DNA of 64,000 bases from Mobula hypostoma. Taxonomy: Eukaryota. Below are positions 12,166-24,892 of this stretch, piece after piece (position 1 is the first letter of the stretch; each line of letters starts with the position of its first letter). The notes beneath the pieces were generated by a model. The model did no database searches and had not been told where the DNA came from. It saw nothing but the letters and a program-made list of their open reading frames with translations. Location of the stretch: positions 2,046,001 to 2,110,000 of the forward strand of contig NC_086118.1 in NCBI RefSeq assembly GCF_963921235.1, in the 5' to 3' direction. The position numbers and the translations under genes were made by a program.

Positions 12166-15100
12166 TCATTTCTAATATCATTTTAACATAGGAGTTTTGA
12201 TTGTCACATTTAACACAAAAGAACTTCTCTACTTATTCTACACTATAGAGAGAATCCAGCATCACGCAGTGGTAAAAGCACAATGAATTGTACTAAGATA
12301 TTTAAACCAGGAGATTACAGGTCTAATCCCTTATTCTTAAACATAGGAAAGAGAAAATAATGGATCCAAATTCAGCAATATATCACGGAACTCATCAATG
12401 CAATGATAACCATGATTTGATATAATTAACCTTTGTTACTTCCTATGTCATTCTGGCGGAAGATGGTTGAAAATTCTTCAGCTTGTCTTTGCCATTTGTA
12501 CTGGGTGATCCATTGATGAGGGTAGTGAAAATGATTCCTTCTCCCATTAATTAGTTAATTTCCTGTCACTGGATGTAGAAGTTCTGATCTGACCGTTCTA
12601 CCAACAGCGTTAGGGATGCATGCCTGCCCTGCTGACCAATGCCTTTCACAGCTAAATCAGTTTGGTGATGCCAGTCTTTGTGATGGACACTGAATTTCCC
12701 AACCAGTGTGTTGTGCACCCCCCCCCCCAAGGTTCTTCCAAGTCATGGTCAATGTGGACGTGCACGGATTCATCACCTGAGGCAATCCTCGGGTTTCCTT
12801 TTGTCTAAGCTGCTGTAATGAGGCTCAAATGTCCAGACCCAATGTCAGAGATACTTCCTGACTGAAAATGATTGTGCCACCATCTCTGGTGGGCTCGTTT
12901 TAGTGTAACGAGACTTACTTCTCTATCATATCCATCTTGTGGGTGGCTGAAAGATGTGATCCAGTTTGTCACTTGACTTTCTAGTTGTATAGTACCCAAT
13001 TTTGACACCAGTTCCCAGATTTGAGTTAGTTATTAAAAGGAATTTTGCAAATGAAGGCACAACCATTGGAGAAGGAATTATAACCAGGGACAATTAAGAA
13101 GTGTAGAGGAGCAGATATCTCAGATACATAATCTGGAAGGAGTCAGGTCATGAGAAGATATAAAAATGTTGAAAGAATCTTTTAATGTAGCTATGGTTTA
13201 ATTGGTAAATCAGTGGGATCATATTATCTTGATATAAGTGGAGGCATTTCACCTATGCTGGCTCTTAGGGCAATCTCATCAATCACATTGCTTCATTTAT
13301 TTCTTTGTAATTTATTCTTTCTCGTGTTTGCCACTGTTTTCCTTACCAGCCACTTACATAAGGGCTAATTAACAGTCGCATGTGTTTTGGACACAAGAGG
13401 GCTGAAGGAAACCCACATGGCGACAGGGAGAAAGTGCAGACTCCACACCAAGTACTGTAGGCTAGGATTGAATTCAGGCCTCCTCTGAGTTGTGAAGCAC
13501 AGCTCTACAGATCCATTGTGTTTCCCAAGGTGATGGATGGAGCAACAGATATTTGGATGTGAAGCTTAAGAATAGAAGAATAAGAAAGTTGTTTTTGTTT
13601 AGTAGTTATGAAGTCTGGAGGTAATCTAGCTTTGGATGATTTCAGTGACAATTGTGTTGAGGCAGGACTGAATTAAAAAGTAATCTGTCTTGCTGATGGC
13701 CCAAATTTGTGGTTATGTGCTTTGATATTATGCGACGATTGTGAACAGATGGCAGAGTTTGAGATGTCACCGAGAAAAATGGGAGCGTATTGTTGGTGCC
13801 AAGGAAATGAAGTCCGTTTCAGCAACAAAACACAACCTTAATCTGCCCAACATTTACTGGGAGAAAGTTTGGTAAGAAAGAATTGCTTGGTGTTTGAGTG
13901 AGGTCTGTGTATGTCTCCCATGTACAATATCCCTGTGTTCTAGTGATAGATGTTTACATTCCTCAGGGCTGTGCATACACTGTGATTAATACGTAGTTAG
14001 CCATTGAGTTACCTTGTGTTAAAATCAGATTACAGCAACAATTGTTACTGTACCACTAGATCCTCAGCAGTTGAATATATTCAAGGCAGATGGTATCCAA
14101 AAGACGGGGCAGGAAAGTGGATGAAGAACCGAACTGACCAAGTAGTTAGTCCTGAAGAAGTCCTCCATTCATATCTCTTACGTACTTACTGGCACTCAGG
14201 GCAGCAATGAAGGTCCTCCATCTCTGTCTGTATGGAAGGATTCTTCATTGCTGTCTCCATAACAATTGTTTTTTGACAGTCAGGATTGTTAGCCCTGAGC
14301 TGAACCCCCAAACCTGGAGGACTGGTTGGCCACTGTTAGTCTGTCTTCTACCCTTTGACCTGTTTCGCATGGGTAATCCTACCAACAGCCAAAGCATAAA
14401 GCCCTGACCCAGCCAGCATAGCTCTCCAGGTCACTGAGGCACCAAACCCTATGATGAGGTTGTGGTCCTCTTGGAGGTTATTATTCTCCAAACTTACTGT
14501 TAAAGATGGTCTTGTCTCTAGCAAACTCAGATTTGGAACAACACCACTAATATGTTGGCACCTTGCAGTTTGAAATGAATAGAAACAGAACAGCATCACA
14601 CTCCAGTGAATGCCTAATGACAATACTGAGTGGTTTAATTATCACATTTTCAGAAAAGTAGTCATCCAATGCAGGAGGAAAAATATGACCTTAACATGAA
14701 TTACTGAATCACTTCATTCAGTGCTTATGCAATAATTACAATACTGTATCCCAGCCCTCCCAAGAAACCAGCCCTATATTCATTGAGTGGAATCCATGCA
14801 CACAATGCTCCACAGGAAGAACACAAAAGAACTTTCACTGAGCATACACACTGAAATTAATGGGGCTCTGCTTCCTAGTCATCAAGGAACAAGCAATATC
14901 ACAGGTCTGTTAAAGGCAATTAAATGCATTGGCTGAATATATACATATTACACAACAAACAATACCACAGGGAGATTTGGCAGCCTTAACAATTAATTTT
15001 TGAGACAAGTGCTGTGGGCCTCTCATAGGCTTCAGGTGAAAGGCAGAGAGGTTGATTTCTCAGTAAAACGAGCCCTCAAACCTTGGGAGGCCCATGTGAG

Positions 15101-15207
15101 CTGAAAGTGTCGAGGCCAGTGTCAAAGGATGGCAAAGGGTTGGTGCCCTCAACAGACGGAGGATTCCTCTTCACAAGGAATGTAAACAGCAATTCTGATC
15201 AACAGCG

Positions 15208-15237
15208 TCACATCCTCGAGCCTCGCTCTTGCAGAAT
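15208..15237 (-). CDS. KCTD2: KCTD2 exon 6 (ILQERGSRM*)
   Basis: Acceptor ...aaacag|ATT; C-terminus matches the KCTD2/5 family ending ILQERGSRM. Confidence 0.93.
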   Translation of the reverse strand: MLQERGSRM

Positions 15238-15435
15238 CTGTTTCCAATAAGAAGACAATTATTAAGAAATTGAGTAGGAAGATGAAATCTGGTGAAACCG
15301 GTTGGACTATAAAACTGGTTCTAACTACCCCTGTCAAAATATCCCTCATCTCAGAGTGCATCTGACTTCACATCTTTGCCCCCAACAATGCAAAGAATAT
15401 CTCGAACCACCCCAATCTGACGACTGTAAGTTAGC

Positions 15436-16058
15436 AACACAAATAAAAATTGCTGGTGAACGCAGCAGGTCAGGCAGCATCTCTAGGAAGAGGAACAGTT
15501 GACATTTTGGGCAGAGACCCTTCATCAGGACTAACTGAAAGAAAAGATAGTAAGAGATTTGAAGGTGGGAGGGGGAGAATTTAAATGATGGGAGAAGACA
15601 GGAGGGGGAGGATGCAGCTAAGAGCTGGAAAGTCCAGGAACAAGCAATATCACAGGTCTGTTAAAGGCAATTAAATGCATTGGCTGAATATATACATATT
15701 ACACAACAAACAACATCACAGGGAGATTTGGCAGCCTTAACAATTAATTTTTGAGACAAGTGCTGTGGGCCTCTCATGGGCTTCAGGTGAAAGGCAAAGA
15801 GGTTGATTTCTCAGTAAAAGAAAGTCCAGCTCTTAGCTCCATCCCTCCCCCTCCTGTCTTCTCCCATCATTTCGGATCTCCCCCCCCACTCTCAAATCTC
15901 TTACTATCTCTTCTTTCAGTTAGTCCTGATGAAGGGTCTCAGCCCGAAACGTCGACTGTACCTCTTCCTATAGATGCTGCCTGGCCTGCTGCGTTCACCG
16001 GCAATTTTTATGTGTGTTGCTTGAAATTCCAGCATCTGCAGATTTCCTCGTGTTTGCG
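15436..16058. mobile_element. Penelope-derived fold-back (inverted pseudo-LTR) insertion in KCTD2 intron 5, carrying a captured 184-bp host segment
   Basis: Arms ~15436-15630 and ~15825-16018 are reverse complements, followed by a ~40-nt unpaired tail. Imperfect TSD: CGACTGTAAGTTAGC (15421-15435) and CGACTAGAAGTTAGC (16057-16071). Confidence 0.85.
15922..15957 (+). ncRNA. Minimal type I hammerhead ribozyme motif (PLE-associated)
   Basis: AGTC-CTGATGA-A-GGG(tctcag)CCC-GAAA-C-GTC^GACT: intact core, stem I AGTC/GACT, stem II GGG/CCC, palindromic ACGT stem III, GUC cleavage triplet. Confidence 0.8.
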
Positions 16059-16139
16059 ACTAGAAGTTAGCCTGTTTTGTGACAAATACAGCAAGCAGGT
16101 GAGAAAGAACAAGCGGGAAAGCTATGGACAATGTAGTAC

Positions 16140-16265
16140 CTTGGCTTTTTCACTAGGTTCGATGACAATTCCATTAGTTGAGTTATTCAGTTCCCTGGAG
16201 ACAACGCAGAGAAATTCAGCCTGATCTTCACTGCCATAGTTGTAGGAGGATCCAATACTAATGAG
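16140..16265 (-). CDS. KCTD2: KCTD2 exon 5 ([42 protein letters not shown])
   Basis: 126 nt, cag/gt boundaries; KCTD2/5/17 C-terminal domain with the KCTD2-type [16 protein letters not shown]. Confidence 0.96.
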
Positions 16266-16991
16266 CTGAGACAGGACCAGAATTTAATTAGTAGCAGCAT
16301 ATACAAAGAGGCACCAGATAAATCACACAAACCTTTCATATCGCCTTCCAGAATTTGATCAAATACAACCGGTTACAATGGTAGAGATCACCATACACAT
16401 TGGCTGGAACATCTAGTTGATCTCTCGAAGTTCAGAGATCTGAACACAAAAAGGCAGCTAACTCCATAATTCTTTTTGCAGGGAATACTGCAGTACCAAA
16501 CGTGCTGTTTTTCAAAAGAGATATTAAGAAACACTTATAATAAAGACCAACGTCTGCCACAAAGATCTAAGTGTTTGAAACCATCTTGTTGAGGTTCCAA
16601 AGCCCCAAACTAGACAGCAAATCATATTGGGGAACTATGACAGTTTGCTACAGAATTGCTAGAAAGACCCAAAAAGTTTAAGATAATAAGTGCTTACTAA
16701 ACTTCAAAAGTGGCTATGTTGCAGATTAGAGAAGAATTTTATGGTCTACCTCGGAAATAAGAATTTGTTTCTTTCAGAATACATCTCGTCACTGTGTTCC
16801 CGTTCACATTGACGACTAGGACTCCTCCTACAAAGGGCTCAGATCATAAACAGTATTTCTAAAGGAGGAAATGTTGTGGTGCTCCTGATGGATGGATGGA
16901 TGGGCTGTATATTCTGTTGGCTCTTGCCAATATGATATTATCCACACATTCTACAATATGTTTCAATGGATGCAGTCTGAATGAATCTTAT

Positions 16992-17275
16992 AGAAACATA
17001 GAAAATAGGTGCAGTAGGCCATTCGGCCCTTTGAGCCTGCACCGCCATTCAGTATGATCATGGCTGATCATCCAACTCAGAACCCTGTACCAGCCCTCCC
17101 TCCATACCCCCGATCGCTTTAGCCACAAGGGCCATATCTAACTCCCTCTTAAATATAGCCAATGAACTGGCCTCAACTGTTTCCTGTGGCAGAGAATTCC
17201 ACAGATTCACCACTCTCTGTGTGAAGAAGTTTTTCCTCATCTCCGTCCTAAAAGGCTTTCCCTTTATCCTCAAAC
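16992..17275 (-). mobile_element. CR1 3' end, same young subfamily as 41482-42356 and 56053-57626
   Basis: RIKGKPFRTEMRKNFFTQRVVNLWNSLPQETVEA; (ttctatgt) tail. Confidence 0.9.
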
Positions 17276-18330
17276 TGCAACCCTGTTGACCCTGTCAAAC
17301 TGTTACCTTTTCAATGTGAAATCTGTAAGCACACTATAGGTTAGCAATGATACTAATTGATCAGAAAAGCTATTATCAAGTATAACTCAATGGTTACATG
17401 TGTAGATCTGCATGTGCAATCAAATTAGCTACTCTAAGGCAATTGCTCAGAAAGCAATCGTAACTTGAGCGGATTCTAGGAGGAGTTTTTCATAAGCAAT
17501 CCCTATATGTTAATAACACATTGGACAAGTGTCCCTCAGTGAAAGCACATTGAGCACAGTAATGACCATTCAGACCATGCTGATGATAATGCTCTGCTCC
17601 AGCCCTTTGCTATTTTTCTTATCTGAATATTTATCACACATACATGCATACATCCAGCTTCTTAAAGTCATCTGTACTATTACCTTAACCAGCAAGAAAC
17701 AAATTCTCATTACTCTCTGTTGAGTTTTTTTGGGTTTCCTGTTTGGCTTCTTACTAACTAGTAGATACTGGTGAGAGTTTTTATACAGCACTATCAACAC
17801 CTTTTCTACGTGTCATTAAAGTAATCGAGACTGCTGGTTATAGGGGCTGATGGATTGACACACAGCAATGCTGAGCACCAGCAGTCCATTCCCACCTTAC
17901 AAAACACACAGATCAAGTCTCATTCTACAAAAGGCAGCAGGTCACATCTTCCTTTCACAGTTCAAACCAAGACAACATATTGGCTCTCATAACCTTCAGC
18001 TGCCTCCGACACCAAAAGGAAACTTCATTTTCTCTTAACCTCTTTGAAAAGCCCACTGTCCAATATCTTGCTGGCAATCAAATGTATATATTAAAGACCC
18101 CTCTGTCATAGAGGTCATTCTAACTGTATGTTGATTTTCCCTCTTCTTAAGTTATTGTCTTTTTGTCAATGTTTTTGTTTATCTGTTTATTAACTGCTTA
18201 AGAATAATTATTTATGATCCTTAGAATTCAATAACTTTAAATTATGACAGTATTAATGTTTACCATTACCATGCTCTCTTAACTCCTAATTTGCAAAACA
18301 GATTGTTTTGATTGAAAATTGAAGTGCTAC

Positions 18331-18426
18331 CTGCTCAAATTTCCATCCGTCCGACATCGTAGAAACCATCTGTGTGAGTTCCTCCTCCTGACACTGTAGG
18401 ACGCGGTAAACATGTTTCACTGGACC
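18331..18426 (-). CDS. KCTD2: KCTD2 exon 4 ([32 protein letters not shown])
   Basis: 96 nt, cag|GGT...CAG|gtag; conserved family motif. Confidence 0.96.
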
Positions 18427-18454
18427 CTGTAGAGTAGACAGTAATACCATGAAC

Positions 18455-19070
18455 ACGCTACATCAATGGTGTTGAGGTTGAAGAGTTGAAGGCTTCAATT
18501 TTCCTAGGAGTGAACATCACCAACGCCCTGGTCCAACCAGGTGGACACCACAGCTAAGCAAGCTCACCAATGCCTCTATTTCTTCAGTAGATTAAGGAAC
18601 TTTGGCATCAACCCTTACAGATTTTTATCAACGCACCACAGAAAGTATCGTATCTGGATGCATAATCCCTCAGTATGGCAACTGCTCTGCCTGTGACCGC
18701 GAGAAACTGCCGAAAGTAGTGGGCACAGCTCATCACATCACGAAAACCAGCCTCAGCTCTATCTATCTTTCTCACTGCCTCAGTAAAACAGCCAGCCCAT
18801 CCACCCCATACACTCTCTCTTCTCCCCTCTTCCACTGGGCAGAAGGTACAAAAGCCTGAAAACACGTACCACCAGGTTCAAGGACGTCTGTGACTACTAA
18901 ATGGCTCCCAGTAGGATGAGGTGGGCATTCGACCTCACGATCTACCCTGGTATGCTCTTGTACTTTGCTTATCTGTACTGCAGCAGTTACACTTTATTCT
19001 GTACTCTGCTATTGTTTCATCATGGTTTATCTCAATGGGACACCATGCAAGACAAACTTTTTGCTCTATC
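18455..19070 (+). mobile_element. Decayed LINE RT 3' fragment (Rex1/L2-like)
   Basis: Decayed ...KQAHQCLYFFSRLRNFG...FYQRTTESIVSGCI..YGNC... motif. Confidence 0.65.
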
Positions 19071-20977
19071 TTGGTATCATAGTAATTCCTATTCAGATAT
19101 ATGTAAAAGTCAGTTACAAATACTGAGGCTAATTTTCAGAAGTCGAGCACATAAAAGTCCTTGCAATAAACAGGATGTGACCAATTGCTAGTGCACAAAC
19201 AGACATAATCGCGTCTGGACTGCCAGCCAATTTCAAGATGAGTTCTTACAAAAAGATAATTATTGGATTCTCACAAAGGATCTGAAACCTGAGACATTGA
19301 CTCTTGTTGTAGATTCCTACTTTCTCTCCAGAAGTAGTTTGGAGTCTCCTTGAACTACTGGAGCCCACATGGCCACAGTGTTTCCACAATGCTGTTAGTT
19401 ATGGAGCTCCAACTACTGTGAAGGAAAAGTGGTGTACATGCAACTCAGAAGGTGAGTGCTTTGGAGAGGAATTTGAAATTGGTATTCTCATTCGTCTGCT
19501 ACCAATGTGTTTCCCAAATGATAGACGTCAGAGAATTTGGTAGTGATACCAAATGCGCTGCCAAGTGTCCAATTTGCTTTGTTCTAAATAGTGTTTAGTT
19601 TGAGAATTGTTAAAGGTACAGGCAACTTTCACTACACTCTTACTGTGCCTTGCAGGTGGTGGAAAGGCTTTGGGAGTCCAGAAGTACATCGCCTGTTGTG
19701 GATTATCCAACTTTTCACCTGCTCCAGCAGTCAGTGTGTTGACATTACCAGAAAATATTTAACCAGGTGGCTAAACTTCCTAATTTATACAAATGATCAC
19801 TGGCTGTTGTGTGTATGAAATCAATCCTAACTGTCTCATCGGCCTTAGCCTGAATGTTCCTGAGGTCTCGTTCATGTGGAATTTGAACTACTTCATTATC
19901 TGAGGGATTGCAAACGGAACAGACTCGTCCACCTCTGATCGTATGATAAAGGAAAATTCATTGAAAAAAAAAAGTCACTTATTTAGAAATTCCTGCAGGA
20001 ATATCCTAGGGCAGGGACAAATCACAGTCTCTCCTTTCTGGTTCTTATGGCTACAGCCACTGATCATTTTTCATCCTGGTCCTATTCAGAAATAGTACTC
20101 TGCTGTCACCTTTGCAAAAAATAAGCTCACGTCTATGTCTGGATCAAGACAACGGCGAGATCTGGAGTCTAAAAGTCAAGTGAGCATTAGTGGCGATGTT
20201 ATGGGTGCACAAGTGCTGCTGATAGTGCAGTCACCTTGCATGGGTTTTCACACAGCAAAACTTCCCAGCAGGGGTTAACAGTGTTTCCACTGTTGATCAG
20301 CCAGTGACTCGGCCACAACAATGCACATGTGGGAAAGTGGGCAAGGAAACAACTGGAGACAACTGTCAGCTGAAGTGTTTCAAACACGGGGCAAGGAATC
20401 AGATGTGAGTGAGATAACACAAGGCAACTCCTGCCTATGGAACAATCTAGGAGAGGTTCTGGGTAGCCTCATGTGAGCTATATGCAGCTGATCATTACCC
20501 AAATCTCAATTTCTCATCTACGCCAATCAACAGGATGGTGGGATTGGGGTAGGAGCTGCTGATCTGCCTGTCATATGGTCATTAGATTGCTTTATAGTTA
20601 GAGTTGGTACCTTTTAATTGGGCAGAGTGGAAGCAGACTTTTGAACAGCATATCCCAAACTGAAACTCACTCCCTTGAATATCTGTACTTACTTTACTGA
20701 ATTCACAAGGATATGAACAATTACAAAAAGATCAATTATTTTTGGGATTTCTATCCCCAAACTTACCCTAATACCATTGTCTTTGCAAGGCACACCATCT
20801 ACTCAAGCAATTCCAATCTGAATTTTGCTTGAATTGTTGTAAACATAGACTATTTCTCAGAGAGTTGACAGAAACTATTCTGTGACAGAAACAAATCCAT
20901 TCCTTTCACCAAGCACAAACTGTTATTAGGTAGTTTCCAAATGTTAAAAAAGGATCAAACAGTCAAGGTCAGCTCAC

Positions 20978-21069
20978 CTGTGAGGTCCTATTCTCCAAAT
21001 CCCGAATACGTTCTTTGACCAATCGGACAAGTAAGGCAATGTTATAGAACTCTGCCTCCTCCAGCACCC
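20978..21069 (-). CDS. KCTD2: KCTD2 exon 3 ([31 protein letters not shown])
   Basis: 92 nt, tttttacag|GG ... CAG|gtgag; end of the BTB domain (EEAEFYNI). Confidence 0.96.
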
Positions 21070-22799
21070 CTGTAAAAACAAAGACTGGTTAGGAAGCAGT
21101 TGGCCAGAGCTCAAGTCAGGCCACTCTGTATCACATCAAAGAAGGATCCTGACTATTGTACAATCCTTCAGAAACATTCTGACATTTCCACAACTAAACA
21201 GCCATCTGAAATACAGCACTGGAATTTCTCAAGACGTCATAACCCTGGAAATCTATCTCTTGAACCAAGCAGGTCAGTTCTACAGGAACTTGTGTTTTGC
21301 CTTAACTAGCTTGTCTTGTTAGAAATTGTGGCTTAACCGGCTGTTTCCAATGCCACAAACTAATTGATGGGGAAACCCTAAATTGAGTCTGGCAGCTTTA
21401 CAAATCTGTGATGAAGATACAGTCAAACTAAAGTTGAGATGAACTTTAGAGCACATTTTTCCCACTATATGAAATTTCCATAACGTAACCGATTACGGCG
21501 GCAACATGAAAAACAGCCACTCTTAGCCCCCGGAATTCGATGTCTGCATCCATCCACCAAGAATACAAAAGAGGAGATTGGAGATTTGAATGCCTGGCAT
21601 TTGCCTCATAGTTACACTGCTCACTCTGACTGGGTGTCTACACCATGGCAACTGTCTCCTCAGCTAGCCTGTACAATGATATTATAGTAAAGTGGCATTA
21701 AAAATAGGAAAGATCTCAATCTTTATAACTTCACAAATCTTAACTTAAAGATCTTTAATTTAGGTTACATTACATGTTTTGACAATAGACTTCTTAATTC
21801 TTGGTCTTTAAAGATAAATTTATGAATCACACAAGTTCTGAAGTAGTAAATACTTCCTCAGCTTTTTATATTTTCAGTATCCAATCTCACCTAGTGCCAA
21901 GTATCCGATATACAAGCTCACCATATATTGTGTAATATTCATACAGATTTTTCCATCACTGATTCAATCACTTTTCTCTGCCTGCCTTACTAAACTCTAA
22001 TTCCAAGGCTGCCATACACTATCTGGTACTCAAGCTAATTAGCATCAGACAGTGTATAACTACCGTGAATATCGGAACTTACCCAGCTAGGTCACATAAA
22101 ATTAAACATAACTTATCAACAGCTCATTGTGCTAATTCAGTACAATATAGAAATTAAACCTAAAAGCTAACTGCCTATATAGCTCGGCCCATCCCAAGTC
22201 TGTACTTAACACAAGACTATGGAGTCATCTGCAGACTTGAGCCTGTAACAAACAGAAAAACCAGAAGCAGTAGGAGGCCAGTCAGCCCCTCTCACCTGGA
22301 CCGCAATTCAGTAAGATCATGCTGATTTCTTATAGCAGCATTACAATCCCACACAAACACCATACCCCTTGATTCCTCATTACAGAAAAGTCCATCATTC
22401 TCAGTCTTGAATATACAGCAGCTGAGCCTCCACGACCGTCCTGGGTGGAGAATTCCAAAGATTCACTAATCTCTGGCTCAAGCTATAACTTCCCAAAGAT
22501 TCAATTTTATTTCTCACTTGTATCACTTGTACATACAGTGAAATGTGTCATTTGTGTTAATAACTGAGTGTGTGCTGGGGGCAGCCCACAAGTGTCACCA
22601 CACATTCCAGTGCCAACACAGCCTGTCTGCAATGGCATTATAACACAGAACACAACAAGCAACAAAACAACTTGTCCCAGTACTGAATAACAGCCCCTTA
22701 TTTTGAGACTGTGACTCCTAGTTCTAGGCACATAAGCAGTGGAAACATCTGTTCTGAATATACCTTGCCAGTCCCTTCAAAGTTCATACATTTCAATGA

Positions 22800-23372
22800 T
22801 ATTGAGTCAAGAATGATGAGTTCAGAGAAGGACATAAAGATACGGAAGGCACTGGTGTGGAGGGCTATGAACGACATGAAGGAAATCTGGAAGTCAAACC
22901 TGACCAGAGGGCTTAAAAAGAGGATTTTCATAGCAGTCATAGAGTCCATTCTCACGTACGGATGTGAGACATGGACACTCACCGAGATGATGCGAAAGTC
23001 TCTGGATGGTTGCTATACATGGATGCTCCGGATGGCTCTTGACGTGAGTTGGCAACAGCACATGACAAACGTTGAGCTCTATAACAACCTACCGATGCTC
23101 ACCACTAAAATCGAGGCGAGAAGACTGTAACTAGCGGGGCACTGTCTACACCACCCCGAGCTACCTGCCAGCCTAGTCATCATATGGGAGCCCAAGCACG
23201 GGAGGATGAACCCTGGGCGCCCTCCCAAGACTATGGTCAACATGCTCCTAGAAGACAGCGGCGTGGCTAATGTAGATGAACTGAACACTCTGATGAGGGA
23301 GAGGGAGAAGTGGAGAGTCCGTCATCATGCCCGACACCAGCCCCCTAGGCCTGAGTCGATGTAGTAGTAGTA
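22800..23372 (+). mobile_element. RTE-clade LINE 3' fragment
   Basis: ORF 22711-23130 reads KDIKIRKALVW...ESILTYGCETWTLT...GCYTWMLRMALDVSW; (gta)n tail at ~23361-23372. Confidence 0.8.
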
Positions 23373-23544
23373 ATGATATCAGCTTTCATTCTTCTAAATG
23401 AAATGGATTACAGACCTCAATTGTTTAATCTTTCCTTAAATGACAAGCATGCCGGCCCAGGAATCATTTTAATAAATTGTTCCTGTACTTGTGCTACTGC
23501 AAGCATATTCTTCCATTGGTAGGGAAACCAGATCTGTGAATAGC

Positions 23545-23985
23545 GTTCTAACCCCTTATATCACAGACCTTCTAACCCCTTATTCTGCTTCCAGGTTGCT
23601 CAGGTTGGCTGACTTGGGGCTCCTGGCTGTCCTGCGATCTAAACTTAAGCTTGGGGGTGACTGCACTTTTGCTATTGTAGCCCCTAGACTGTGGAACAGC
23701 ATTCCCCTCCCTATCAGATCTGCCTCCTTCATTGACTCTTTTAAATCCAGGCTCAAAACTTTCTTTTATTCACCAGCGTTTGAATCCTCCTGACGTGGCT
23801 AATTTTTGGCTGTGCCTTGGCCCTTGTGTTGTTTATTTTGTGCCGATAAGCTGTGTGCCTTGTTGTTTATACCTGTATTTCTCATATTAGCAATTTTAGC
23901 TATCCTGCTCTGATCTGTACAGCACTTTGGTCAACGTGGGTTGTTTTTAAATGTGCTATATAAATAAATTTGACTTGACTTGATT
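23545..23985 (+). mobile_element. L2-clade LINE 3' fragment
   Basis: PYITDLLTPY...GDCTFAIVAPRLWNSIP..IR...FKSRLKTFF; ends in AATAAA plus (ttgac)n. Confidence 0.8.
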
Positions 23986-24892
23986 CGGTCTCAGAAGGGC
24001 TCTATCTAATCAGAGGAAGGTATTTCTGCTCTTGCACAGATAAAATTAAACTTCAGCAACATATTCATTTTTCAGAATGCAGGAGTTGGTAGCAGAAATA
24101 AGCATTTCTTACTAATTGCTAAATGCCCCCATGAGCTGCCACAGTCACTTTGCTGAAGGTGTTCCCATAAGGCTGTTGCATTGAGGACTTGGAATCAATG
24201 AATATATTTCCCATACATCAGCTGCCTTGTCCATTGGTGGCAGAGCTCATAGACTCGGTATGTGTTGTCAGAGTAACCTCGTCTGTGTTAGAGGAGGAAC
24301 TGAGCAGTTATAGTGGATGTGAGGTGCCAAACAAGTTGCCTGCTTTGTCCTGGATAGTTTTGAACTTTTGAGTTTTATTGCACATCACATCAGGGGAAGA
24401 ATATTCCATCACACTCTTGATATATGGCATTTAAAATGGTTGAATATCTTTGGAGGTATCAAAAAGTAGACTGCAGGACACAGAATCCGACCGGCCCTCA
24501 TAGCCATGATATTATCATGCTTCTGGCCAATGGTAAATCTCTAGAATGTGAATGGTGGAAGACTTAACCATGGCAATGCTATTGAATGTCAAGGGTAGAT
24601 TGATTTTTTTTTGTCTTGTTGAAAGTGCTCACTGTTTTACATTTTATGTCACAAATACGACTGATGGGTGAATGTCGTTTCTGTATTGTTGCGTGTAGGC
24701 ATGTCTCACTTGCTGAAAACTTGTGATTACAATTTGTCATTGTACAATCATGACTTGTGATCAAAATGATAGGAGGAAGACCACTGATAAAGGAGCTGAC
24801 AGCAGCTGAGCCTTGGCTATTACCCTGCAAGGCATGGGCTGAGTTTTGGTATGACTCCGCTCATTGCAAGGTTTTCCCTTAATACCCAGTTT

